DNA from: the human T2T-CHM13v2.0 reference genome, Homo sapiens
Strand: one strand, 5' to 3'
DNA: 64,000 nucleotides
Assembly (NCBI RefSeq): GCF_009914755.1
Contig: NC_060928.1
Shown: one piece after another, positions 11,716 through 24,334 of the stretch
How the letters are laid out: every line of letters starts with the position of its first letter
Numbering within the stretch: position 1 is the first letter of the stretch
The notes under the pieces: model-generated
Told to the model about the DNA's origin: nothing
Databases searched by the model: none
What the model saw: the letters and a program-made list of their open reading frames with translations, nothing else
Program-made: the position numbers and the translations under genes

Positions 11716-14452
11716 TTCATCTTCATTTTTAAATGTGTCAGGCTTAGATGTTTTATATTCTTGTAATATAATTCTTTATGTATTATTTATATAATCTAAA
11801 GCTACAGTTTCTGCTGAAGCTCATTATAAGACATATTCTTTCATGGTTGATTATTCTCTTTTTACTGGTCCAACATATTAGATTGTACCCAATTTGTGAC
11901 AACACTAAGAGACTAAATTAGAAATTCTTTCTCCCAAGAATTGAGATTTGCTTTTGTCCAGGAGTCAATGGGCACTGACGCAACCATGTGGCATGCTGTG
12001 GGGGCCCTAGTTTAATGTGGGCATCTGAGTACTGGCTCCTACATGTTGTTGCTGACCGCAGGCTTAGTCTCTTAATCCCAAAGCAAGTATCTGTAGCTTC
12101 AACACTAGTTTTGTGTTTGCTTATTGCTCATAATTCAGGTCTTTGCCTTTTGTTTGATTTGTTTATGTTTATTGCAAACCCAGCAATGTTTTAAACATTA
12201 GAAATAGAATGGTTTTTTAACCTTTTTTATCTTGTTAAAGTTAACTCTCATTTTTCTGCATTGCAGAGCTCTAACTGCTGTGCATATCTAGTTAGGCCCA
12301 CATTCTTGAAAATGTGTGCCCCGGATCCAGGAAAGAATGTGGGACTGTGTATATATGCACACTCACGCACATACATCTTGCAAAACTTCATTTATCTCTT
12401 CCAGGAATTTCCTGAAGCCCTACTCTAAAGGAACCCTTGGCTACCTTTTTGTGACAATCAAAAGACTTTCTCTTACTATCTTCTGAGAATATTTTCCCTC
12501 AAAAATATTCCTTCTTGGCAATAGATCATTATCAATGGCCCTTTCTCAGTTTTGCTGCTATTAGCAATCACCGACTGTGGTAATAACAGAGGCACAGGCA
12601 TCAAACTTGCTTCCCTGCAGCTGGGAGATTGGAATGCATTTGTTCCCCCTCCTCTAGTCCACCTTTTCCCTCGGCCCACAGGACTAACTGTGCAAGGCTT
12701 TATCTAAAGAAAATAAATTAATTCTCTGTAGGAACGATAGTTTAATATCTAAGTATCTTAGAATTTCACCTAGATCTCTCTGGTGAGTAACCCCCTTTTA
12801 AATACTTAGAGTTTCACAATAAAGAATACCCTGTGGACATTTCTTGCTTCTATTCCTGACCTGGCTTTTATGCCCAATTGATAGCATTTTCTTCAGTTCT
12901 CTTAGACCACCAGTCCTACTACCCTTCTTTGAAAATATTCAATCTCCTCTATAGGAAGACACCGGGTTCTTTAAGCAGTCTTCTTTCTCCTTTTTCCCTA
13001 ATAAAGTTTTATTCTTTTTCATGTGGTCTCCATCAAAACTAATTACCGTCACCTTTTTTCACTTCTTGTTAGAGAGGTTAGGTGTTGGAATGATGAGAGG
13101 CAGATGATGAGGAGAGGACTTTTTATGCCTCAGTGCCATGGGCTATGATTAATGTGTCCCTCACTTTGCTATTTCTCACTTTCCGCCTTTGAGTATTAAG
13201 GTCCTCCAGGTTAACTTGTTAAAGCCACATTCACTTTTTCCTAGAGAAAAATTTGGTAAATTAAGGAAAACAAATATTGCCTAGTGGTGATACTGTTTAC
13301 TTACCCAAAGAAAAATGTATTTATTTTACTGAAAGGTGCTTCACTCCTTTCTGTGCTTTTTTGAGATTAACATGAACACAAATGAGCTTATTGAATTACC
13401 ATGGCAATATTCTTGTTAAAAGAAATAATGACACTCTCGATTAATTTCTTTTGATTCCTTTTTTGATAGAAGACTAGAAGGGGTTATTACATTCTCAAGC
13501 AGTACTTGTTACTAGATAACAATATGCCCAAACTAAGGCCACCTGATCACGTTCTCCAGCTCCTCTTCTCTCAGTTCCTTGCTTTGTACCTTCCTCCACC
13601 TGATATAAGTCTTTTCTTGCTGCATCTGAGGATTCTCCCTTCTCAGTCATTGGATATTCAAGCAATGAAACTCCAGTTGGCATGGACAAAAACTTTCTCA
13701 TAGTTATGTATGGCCTTAAAAGCAGTCCTTGAAGACAGTGTTGCATTAGTCTGATTTGCCTCACAAGTACATCTTAAACTATTTCTAAGAATTCATCATG
13801 AACATTTTTGATATAGCAAATAATATCCACAATGATTTTTAAATAAAGTCTCCATTATGGAAAAAAAACTTGATTAACTTTTGTAAACCTGTTAATAGCC
13901 TGCTTCTTTTCATACCATCTTGAATTAAAGACTACCCTGTTGAAGATGACGGCTTGAATACTACGTGTACTTCCTAAGTCCTCTCCTTTCGCAGACTCTT
14001 GGAAATGGCATTTATATGGACTTTATATATAATAATAATTGTAGTCAGAGAAAAGCTAATAGAAAATGATGTAGCTTTATATATTAAACAATCCCTTTGT
14101 GTTCTTTTTTTTAATCATTATATTTTTTCTATTTCAGAATATATGGATTTTGTTGTTTTCACCAGTCTATACACTATATCATTAGATTTCCATCAGAAAC
14201 TTTCTATAGAATTAGTTTTTAAAAATATTATCAGAGGATGTTCCTGAAAGAATACATTTCTAGAGTTAGAGAATAGGCCCATAGGTGTACATTTAGATGA
14301 GGTTAATATTAGGTATGATTACATAATATGTAAAACATCTGAAAGTATATAAAATCCTTCTTAAATAATTTTAATTATATATTCTATGCTAACTGAGTAA
14401 GGCTTATCTTTCTATTTGATATGTTATATATTTTATAAGGTTTGTTTTTTAG

Positions 14453-14642
14453 CAGTGGTTCTCAAAATAAAGTCCCCAGATCAGGAGCATCAATATCATT
14501 AGGGAACATTTTAGAAAGGCAAATTTTCTCAGCCCCACCTGGAACTCAGAATAAAATGGGAAACATAAGGATAGGAGCCCAATAATGTGTGCTTTAATAA
14601 GCCCTCCATGTTATTCTGATGTATGAAATTTGGGAACCATTG
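14453..14642. mobile_element. MER5A (hAT-Charlie MITE)
   Basis: Terminal inverted repeats cagtggttctcaaa / tttgggaaccattg, ~190 bp, internal tttaataagccctcc motif. Confidence 0.85.
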
Positions 14643-16189
14643 CTTTAGTGCTACTATGCCTAAATTATCAAGGCTTTCCTTCAGTGAAGAAAATCACTGA
14701 TCTCTCTTTAGTTGCTTTTTCTATCCTCTAAAGCCATGTATAACAGAAAGCAGTCTCTTTTATGACATGTAGCTTTGAAAACTTACTGCATAAAAATGAG
14801 TCTGAAGCATTAGAAGCCCAAGACAATAAAAATATACCTGAAAACAGGTTTAATTTAAAAATCCACTATTTTATGCTTTCACTTCTATCAAATACTCAAT
14901 TTATCCAATATAATCTACAATATTTCATAATTTAAAAAGCTTTGTTTTATCTTATCCCTAGTCTTTTTATTGTAAATTCCATTGGTATATTTTCTATTTT
15001 GGAAAAACTTTGTAGCTGCAAGAGAATTTGTGGTTTCAATTTGAGGAAATGTGAAAATGAATCAAGATAATCTAAATCAACTGTCTACCTTCCTTCCTAA
15101 AACCCCATTTATTAAATATATGTTTTATACATCTGTAAAATCACATTTTAAGTCCTATGTTAATATGTTATATATATAATTCCATGTAACATTATATAAC
15201 AAATACCATTTATATGCATAAACTGAATTATATAATTATATATATAATATGTTTGTGTTCATGTGTGCACATGCATATGTGTTTCATAAAAGTTTTGAAA
15301 AGACAAGAATAGTTACAGGGAGACTGAGCATGCCAATATATAAGACATAAAGAATGGAAACTGGTGTGGCTTAAAGCCCAGTACGAAACCCAAAAGATTT
15401 TCTTTGAAATGACACGCTGAAAGGTTTAAATCCAGGAGTCTTCAAACAAAAAGAGCAAGAGGAAGTTCTGCAATGTAAACAGTATGTCAGCCAAACCTTT
15501 CTTTCTCCTCTATCAATCCTGAGAAGAACGCAGCAAGGACATTTGCCACCAGGGTAAAAACCAAACCAGATTTTCAAACTAACTAGGAAGTGTTGTAATA
15601 TAACTTTGGTAGCTCAAAAAAATTGAAGAGCACAGTTTGATGTAGTTTTCTTCACCCCCATCCATACAGGAAGAACAAGTGGAGGTAGAAGTATGGCACT
15701 CTAGTCTCTGAAGAGGCTGTATGACAAACAAGACATTAGGGTAGACATTCAAGTAGCTTCTGAGGTCTGTGAGTGTCAGTGAAGCAAGCTTATTGAACCT
15801 ACTTCTTAACTCTCCCTCACAATGACAAGAAGCAGGCCGCTGCCATCAGTTCTGGTTATTAAACTTTTCTGTCTGAACCTTAAATGTAGCCATTAATACT
15901 GCGCTTTGTGATTTTGGGGACTGGGACCCTGCAAATGGCATTGTTCCTTTCTCAGCCAGCTTTCCCATGGGATTTTCCAGTGTGAGGTTCTGGAAAGACA
16001 TCGTGGTGCTAGAGAGACACATGACCTGCAATTTCTTTTAAGCTTCCTGTTTTGTAGTCTTTGTCACCCCAAAATTTCCTTCATTCTTTCAGCATAATAA
16101 TATTCTTTCATAAATACCAAGCCACCTAGGCAGAATTTTCTCAGTAATCTGGGTCCCACCAACATGGAGCTCTTCCTCCAACTCTACCT

Positions 16190-16620
16190 TAGGAGAATGG
16201 ATTAAAAATTGTAGTAAATATGTACAGCAGAACACTGCTCAGCAACCAAAAAAAAAAAAAAAAGAACAACTGCTACATGGATAAATCTTACAGAAATGTT
16301 ATGGAGTAAAAGAAACCAGACACAAAATAATATATATTTAATGATTGAATCTGTATATAAGTTCACAAACAACATGGATTTATGCTGACAAAAGTCAAAA
16401 TGATGTTTTCCTCTGCAGGGAATGTCAAGCAAGGAGGATGTGAGAAACTTCTGGGTTTCTGAAAATATACTCTATGTATCCGTCTGAGATGTTGTTGTAC
16501 AGGTGCCTGCATATATCAAATCTATAAAGCTCTATGTTTATAATTGGTACATTTTATGCAATTAATGCACTTTATGCACTTACTATATGTTATATCACAA
16601 AAGCAAGACAAATTAAAATG
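16190..16620 (+). mobile_element. Old L1ME 3'-end fragment
   Basis: gaatggattaaaaattgtagtaaatat...catggataaatcttacagaaatgttatggagtaaaagaaaccagacacaaaa. Confidence 0.7.
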
Positions 16621-16949
16621 ATAATAAGTCATATGGCTTTTGTTTTCACATTGGATTATTTCTGACATAAATATTTGGGGAAAGTCAATACCATTAATAC
16701 TTGGTTCTGAACTCAAAATTTCTGCAGCAATAACAAAAATAATATTGAAAAAGTAAAACAAATAAATCTCTGCAGAACAGAAAAGATAAAATACAAATTT
16801 AATAAACATTACTGAAGAAAATCTACAAAGAATTATTGTTCATTCAGACATATTGAAGTAATTATATATTTACATTTACTTTCTGTTATTCTTGAGTGCT
16901 AGTTCACAATGGGTTTAGAATTCTTGTTTTTAAGCCAAATCAACTTAAA

Positions 16950-17820
16950 ATGTTTAAACGAATATAAATTTGAAACAAAAAATGAAAATGTGTTTTATAA
17001 ATGCAGTAGAAAGCAAACATTATAAAAAAAGATAGTTAAGAATACCAGTTCCATCATATACCAAATATTAAAAACAATAAGGTCTTACTATTTATGACAA
17101 TGAAGGTGGTGGTGAACTGGAAGAAATGGAGTGAAAGGATGCTACAGTTTTTTGTTATTAATTCAAAATATTTATAGAAAATATAAAGCTTAAATATGTT
17201 TTAAATAATCAAAGAATAGAAATATATATAAACAAATTTTAAGAGGGAGAGAAAAGGTAGACATCTTGAACAATTCCAAGATAAACATGGTAAGAAGTTA
17301 AAGGATAATATGAAAAAGAAAAATAAGATGTTAAAAACATTTTTAGAAATATTATGTGTGAAATGATTATATTCCCTATTATATTCTAAGACTTAAAAAG
17401 TTTAAAATAAAACAAAAACAACTAAACAAATCACATCGATATACAACGTACGCTATATATAAGGAATATCAAGTAAACAAAGTGACCAGAAATGATAAAA
17501 ATATAGAACCAGAAAATATACACCAGGCAAGTATTAACAAATAGGTAACAGGTGTGTAAATATAAATATTAGACAAAGTAGAAGCCAAGGCAAAATCTTA
17601 GAAAGGTCAAATAAGTATTTTATGTTGAGAATGGGTTATCTATTAAGGTAACAAATTACGAGACTGTATTGATGTATGAAATTAACTTTGAAATAAATTA
17701 CAATCATAGAACATGGAACATGAAACTGGCAAACATAATCTTAGTAAAAAAGTTCAAATAATGTTAAATTAGCTCAAGAAAAACGAAAGTATTTGCAAGC
17801 TTAGAAATATTTCAGTAACA
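16950..17820 (+). mobile_element. Old L1M fragment (inter-ORF/endonuclease region), highly decayed
   Basis: A-rich strand bias. aaaatatacaccaggcaagtattaac...atattagacaaagtagaagccaaggcaaaa resembles the ORF2 endonuclease N-terminus. Confidence 0.5.
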
Positions 17821-18029
17821 TAATTTATTCACACAAAGTCATATATGCACATATGATTTTATGATACATAGATTTTTACATGCATATTTATATTTAAATT
17901 AGTTTGCTAAGAATAATGGCCTCTGTATGGTGTCAGTCTGTGGCCCAGGGTTGGGGACTCCTTTATAAGCTCATTTAATGCTATTAGAAACTTCATGAGG
18001 GAAATTTTATTTTTTCTTTTCCAATCTAT

Positions 18030-18130
18030 ATAGTTTTTCTTTCTGTTCCCTTCTCTCTCTTCATCTCTCCCTCCCTCCCTTTCTTCCTTTCTTCTTTCCA
18101 TCTGTTCTTCCTTTCTGTCAGTCTGTCTCA
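18030..18130. repeat. CT-rich polypyrimidine low-complexity tract
   Basis: tttttctttctgttcccttctctctcttcatctctccctccctccctttcttcc... Confidence 0.85.
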
Positions 18131-19070
18131 ATGTACTGGCCAGGACATCTAGTACGATGTCAAATAGGAATGAAGATCTTTGTCCCTTGCCTTATTCCTG
18201 ATCTTAGAATAAAATAAATAAAATTACTATCTTACCTATAATGATGATGTTACCTGTAGGTTTTTTGTAAATGTTATTTATGTTTTGTAAATGTTATTTA
18301 TTGTTTCAAGAAATTTTCTCTATTCATTGTTTGTTGAGTGTCTACGTAGTAAATAAGTACTGAATTGGATCAAAAGACATTCCTCAATAATATGCTCATA
18401 TAATTTTACTTCTTTAGCCAGTTGACACTGTTAATTTAAATGATTAACATTTAAGTGATAAAGCAGTCTTACATACCTGGAAAATATCCTATTGGTCTTG
18501 GTGTGTAATTCTTTATAACATCATTGGAAGCAATTTACTAACACTTTTGAGGATCTTTGTGTCTATACTCATGATATTTATTGTCTGTAGTTTTCATTTC
18601 TTGTAGTCCCTCTTTGAATTTTTGTATTAGAGTGGTGCTGGCTTCATAGAATAATATAGGTAGCATTCCCTGTGTTTCTATTTTCTACTTCAAGAGACTG
18701 TGGAGAATTTGTATTATTTATTCCTTTAAGTGTTTGAAAGGACATCCTTTCAAAGAATCCTTTGATTTATTCCTTTAATTGTTTGAAAGCACGGTTTCAT
18801 CTGCACTTGGTGCTTTCTTTTTGAAGGTTTTTGAATTATTCGATCCATTTCTCTAATATATATATGTCTTAAAATTATTTTATTTTGTATGAGTTTGGTA
18901 GTTTGCATCTTTCAAGGAATCGATTTGTTTCATTTAAGTTATAAGTCTGTAGATACTGCATTTTTTGGTAGCATCCTTTTAGTATGCATGAAATAAGTTG
19001 CAATAACTACTTTTTCCTTTCTGATATTGGCAATTGGTGTCTTCTATCTTTTTTCTTTGTGAGTCTGGTA
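18130..19070 (-). mobile_element. Old L1M (MC/MD-like) ORF2 fragment, outer shell of the L1 nest
   Basis: Antisense ORF2 motifs (gtactggccaggacatctagtacgatg; ccttgccttattcctgatcttag; gtgctggcttcatagaat). More decayed than the neighbouring L1PA. Confidence 0.75.
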
Positions 19071-21911
19071 ACCAATAGTTGTTTTTTCTGCTCCTCCTAC
19101 CCTTCACCATCAGGTAGACCTGGGTGTCTCTTGTTCTCCACTTTGTGTTCATGAGTTCTCATCATTTAGGTTCCACTTATCAGTGAGAACATGAGGTATT
19201 TAGTTTTCCGTTCCTGTGTTAGTTTGCAAAGGATTATAACCTCCAGCTCCATTCATGTTCCCACAAAAGATCTGATCTCATTCTTTTCTATGTCTGCATA
19301 GTACTCCATGGTGTATATATACCATAATTTATTTATCCAGTCTAACTTTTATGAGCATTTAGGTTGATTCCATGTCTTTGCTATTGTGAATAGTGCTGCA
19401 GTGAACATTCATATGCATGTGTCTTTATGACAGAATGAATTATATTCCTTTCGGTATATACCAGTAATAGGATTGCTGGGTCAAATAGTAGTTCCGTATT
19501 TAGCACTATGAAGAATCGTCATACTGCTTTCCACTGTGGTTGAACTAATTTACACTCCCATCAGCAATGTATCTGTTTCCTTTTTTCTGCAACCTAACCA
19601 GCCTCTGTAATTTTTTGACTCTTTAATAATGGCCATTCTGTTATGAGATGGTATCTCATTGTGGTTTTGATTTGCATTTACCTAATGATCAGTGATATTG
19701 AGCTTTTTTGTATGATTTTTGGACACGTGTATGTCCTCTTTTGAAAAAAGTCTGTTTATTTCATTTGCCCACATTTTGATGCAGTTGTTTTTTCTTCTTA
19801 ATTTGTTAAATTTCCTTATAGATACTGAATATTAGACCTTTGTTGGATGCATATTTTGCAAGTGTTTTCTCTCATTCTGTAAGTTGTCTGTTTACTCTGT
19901 TGAAAGTTTCTTTTAACTTGCAGAAGATCTTAAGTTTAATTAGATCCCATTTGTCAACTTTTGCTTTTGTTGCTATTGCTTTTGATGTCTTTGTCATTAA
20001 ATCTTTGCCTGTTTCTATGTCCAGGATGGTATTGCCTAGGTTGTCTTCCAGAGTTTTTATAGTTTTGGGTTTTAGATTTAAGTCTTTAGTCCATCTTGAG
20101 TTAATTTTTTGTATATGGTATAAGGAAGGGATCCAATTTTAATCTTCTGCATGTGGCTAGCCAGATATCCTTGCATTATTTGTTAAACAGGAGTCTTTCC
20201 CCATTGCTTGTTTTTGTCAGCTTTGCTGAAGATCAGATGATCATAAGTGTGCAGCCTTATTTCTGGGCTTTCCATTTTGTTTCATTATTCTATGGGTCTA
20301 TTTTTGTACTAGTGCCATGCTATTTTGGTTACTATATTCCTGTAGTATACGTTGAAGTCAGAAAACCTGATGCCTCCAGCTTTGTTGTGTTGTTGTTGTT
20401 GTTTTTTGTTTTGTTTTGTTTTTTTGCTTATGATTGCCTTGGCTATTTGGGCTGTTTTTTGATTCCACATGAAATTTAAAATAGTATTTTATAGTTCTGT
20501 GAGAAATGTTATTGGTAGTTTGATAGAAATAGTATTGAATCTGTACATTGCTTTGGTCAGTATGACCATTTTAATAATATTGTTTCTTTCTATCCATGAG
20601 CATGGGATGTTTTTTCATTTGTTTGTGTCTTTTCTGATTTCTTCTAGCAGCATTTTGTAGTTCTACTTGTAGAGGTCTTTCACCTCCCTAGTTAGATTTA
20701 ATCCTAGGTATTTTATTGTTTTTATGGCAATTGTGAAAGAAAATGCCTTCCTGATTTGGCTCTTGGCTTGGCTATTTTTGGTGTATAGGAATTCTATAAT
20801 TTTTGTACATTAATTTTGTATTCTGAAACTTTGCTGACATTGTTTATCAGCTGGAGGAGCTTTTGGGCTGAGACGATGGGGTTTTGTTGATATAGAATCA
20901 TGTCACCAGGAAACAGATAGTTTGACTTCCTCTCTTTCTATTTGGATGTCCTTTATTTTTGTTGCTTATTGCCCTGGCCAAGACTTCCAATACTATGTTG
21001 AATAGAACTGATAAGAAAGGGCATCCTTGTCTTGCACTGGCTTTCAGAGGGATTGCCTCCAGGTTTTGCCATTCAGTATGATGTTGGCTGTGGGTTTGAT
21101 GTAGACTGCTCTAATTATTTTGAGGTATGTTTCTTCAATACCTAGTATATTAAGAGTTTTTAATATGAGGGAATGTTAAATTTTATCAAAAGCTTTTCTG
21201 CATCTATTGAGATAATAATGTGTTTTTTGTCTTTAGTTCTGTTTGTGCAATGAATTACCTTTATTGATTTGTGTATATTGAACCAACCTCACATCCCAGG
21301 GATGAAGCCTACTTGATGGTGGTAGATTAGATTTTTATGTGCTGCTGGATTTTTTGCATGTATTTTGTTGAGGATTTTTGCATCAATGTTAATCAGTAAA
21401 ATTGGTCTGATGTTTTCTCTTTTTGTTGTGTCTCTGCCAGGTTGTGTTATCAGAATGATGCTGGCCTCATAAAATGGGTTGAGAAGGAGTCCCTCCTTCT
21501 CATATTTTTGGAAAAGTTTCAGTAGGAATGGTACCAGTGCTTCTTTTTACATCTGGTAGAATTAAGCTGTGAATTCATCTGGTCCTGGACTTTTTCTGGT
21601 TGCTAAGCTATTTATTACTGATCCAATTTTGGGGGTTATTATTGGTCTATTCAGAGAATGAATTTCTTCCTAGTTGAGTCTTGGAAGGATGCATGTGTCC
21701 AGGAATTTATTCCATATCTTCTAGGTTTTCTAATTTGTGTGCACAGAGGTATTCATAATAGTTTCTGATGATTATTTTTATTTCTGTGGGATGAGTGGTA
21801 ACATCTCCTTCATCATTTCTAATTTTGTTTTTTGGATTGTCTCTTATTCCTTATTAGTTTAGCTAGCTGCTTATCTGTCTTATGAATTTCTTAATAAAAA
21901 CAACTTCTGGA
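19071..21911 (-). mobile_element. L1PA15/16-like LINE, 3' part (interrupted)
   Basis: Continuous antisense L1 3'UTR and ORF2. No poly-A or extreme 3' end. Resumes at 28303. Confidence 0.85.
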
Positions 21912-23251
21912 GAGGGCTGGCAAGATGGCTAAATAGGAACAGCTTCGGTCTGCACCTCCTAGCAAGACCAACGCATAAGGTGGGTGATTTCTGCATTTCC
22001 AACTGAGGTACCCAGTTCCTCTCATTGGGACTGGTTAGACAGTGGGTGCAGCCCATGGAGGGTGAGCAGAAGTAGGGTGGGGCATCACCTCACCTGGGAA
22101 GCACAAGTGGTCAGGGAACTCTCTCCCCCAGCGAAGGGAAGCCATGAGGGACTGTACTATGAGGGATGGTGCTATCCAGCCTGAATACTATGCTTTTCCC
22201 ATGGTTTTTGAAAGCTGCATACCAGGAGATTCCCTCGTGTGCCTATACCACCAGGGCCCTGGGTTTCAAGCACAAAACTGGGTGGCCATTTGGACAGACA
22301 CCTACCTAGCTGCAGGAGTTACTTTTCATACCTCCGTGATGCGTGGAATGCCAGAGAAACAGAACTGTTCACTCCCCTGGAAAGAGGGCTGAAGCCAGGG
22401 ATTCAAGTGGTCATTTTCAGCAGATCCCATGCCCACAGAGCCCAGCAAAGTAAGATCCACTGCCTTGAAATTCTTGCTGCCAACACAGCAGTCTGAAGTT
22501 GACCTGGGACATTCGAGCTTGGTGGGGGTAGGGGCATCCACTATTACTGAGGCTTGAGTAGGTGGTTTTCCCTTCACAGTGTAAACAAAGCTGCCTCAAA
22601 GTTTGAACTGTGTGGAGCCCACCACAGCTTGGCAAAGCCTTAGTAGCCAGACTGCCTCTCTAGATCCCTTCTGTCTGGACCAGGCATCTCTGAAAGAAAG
22701 GCAGCAGCCCCAGTCAGGGGCTTATAGACAAAACTCCTAACTCCCTGGGACAGAGCACCTGGGGGCAGGGGTGGCTGTGGTTGCACCTTTGGCAGACTTA
22801 AATAGTCCTGCCTGCTGGCTCTGAAGAGAACAGCAAATCTCCCACACAGTGCTTGAGCTCTGCTAGGAGACTGACTGTCTCTGCAAGTGGGTCCCTGACC
22901 CCCATGCCTCCTGACTGGAAGATATCTCCCAGCAGGGGTTGACAGACACCTCTTACAAAAGAGCTCTGGCTGGCATCTGGCAGCTGCCCCTCTGGGATGA
23001 AGCTTCCAAAGGGAGGGGCAGGGAGCAATCTTTGCTGTCCTGCAGCCCCCACTGGTGATACCCAGGAAAACAAGGTCTGGAGTTGACCTCCAGCAAACTC
23101 CAGGAGACCAGCAGAAGAGAGGCCTGACTGTGAGAAGGAAAGTTAATAAAGAGAAGGCAATAACATCAACATCAACCAAAAGGATGCCTACACAAAAACC
23201 TCATTTGGAGGTCACCACCATCAAAGATCAAAGGTAAATAAATCCATGAAG

Positions 23252-24270
23252 AAGAGAAAAACCCAGTACAAAAATGCTGAAAATTCCAAAAATCAGAATG
23301 CCTCTTCTCCTCCAAAGGATCACAACTCCTTGCAGCAAAGAAACCAAACTTGATGGAGAATGAGTTTGATGAATTGACAGAAGTAGGCTTCAGAAGGTAG
23401 TTAATAACAAGCTCCTCTGAGCTAAAAAAGCATGTTCTAACCCAATGCAAGGAAGCTAAGAACCTTGATAAAATGTTACAGGAACTGCTAACTAGAATAA
23501 CCAGTTTAGAAAAGAACATAAATGACCTGATGGAGCTGAAAAACATAGCACAAGAACTTCATGAAGCACCCACAAGTATCAATAGTCAAATTGATCAAGC
23601 AGAAGAAAGGGTATCAGAGATTGAAGATCAACTTAATGAAATAAAATATGAAGAGAAGATTAGAGAAAACAATGAAAATGAACAAACAAAGCCTACAAGA
23701 AATGCGGGACTATGTGAAAAGACCAAACCTACATTTGATTGGTATACCTGAAAACGACAGGGAGAGTGGAACAAAGGTGGAAAACACACTTCAGGATATT
23801 ATCCAGGAGAACTTCCCCAACCTAGCAAAACAGGCCAATATTAAAATTCAGGAAATACAGAGACCACAAAGATACTCCTCAAGAAGAGCAATCCCAAGAC
23901 ACATAATCATCAGATTCACCAAGGCTGAAATGAAGGAAAAAATGTTAAGGGTAGCCAGAGAAAAAGGTCAGGATACCTACAAAGGGAATCCCATCAGAGT
24001 AACTGTGGATCTCTCTGTAAAAACTCTACAAGCCAGAAGACAGTGGGGGACAATATGCAACATTCTTAAAGAAAAGAATTTTCAACCCAGAATTTCACAT
24101 CCAGCCAAACTAAGCTTCATAAGTGAAGGAGAAATAAAATCCTTTACATAAAAGCAAATGCTGAGGAATTTTGTTACCACTGTGCCTACCTTACAAGAGC
24201 TCATGAAGGAAGCACTAAATATGGAAAGGAAAAACAGGTACGAGCCAGTGCAAAAACATATCCAAATGTA
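23252..24270 (+). pseudogene. L1 ORF1p remnant (start codon apparently lost, frameshifts and stops)
   Basis: Fragments LQELLTRITSLEKNINDLMELKN and DYVKRPNLHLIGIPE...IIQENFPNLA...KLSFISEGEIKSF lie in different frames. Confidence 0.9.
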
Positions 24271-24334
24271 AAGAACATCAACACTATGAAGAAATTACAT
24301 CAACTGATATGCAAAATAACCAGCTAACATCATA

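Noticed and set aside
11477-11794. 105-aa ORF (similar cases at 41000, 46876, 47243)
   Set aside because: Antisense Alu translations, a standard artefact.
22640-23179. 179-aa antisense ORF in the L1 5'UTR as an ORF0-like gene
   Set aside because: Non-ATG start in a GC-rich UTR of a decayed element. No evidence of function from sequence alone.
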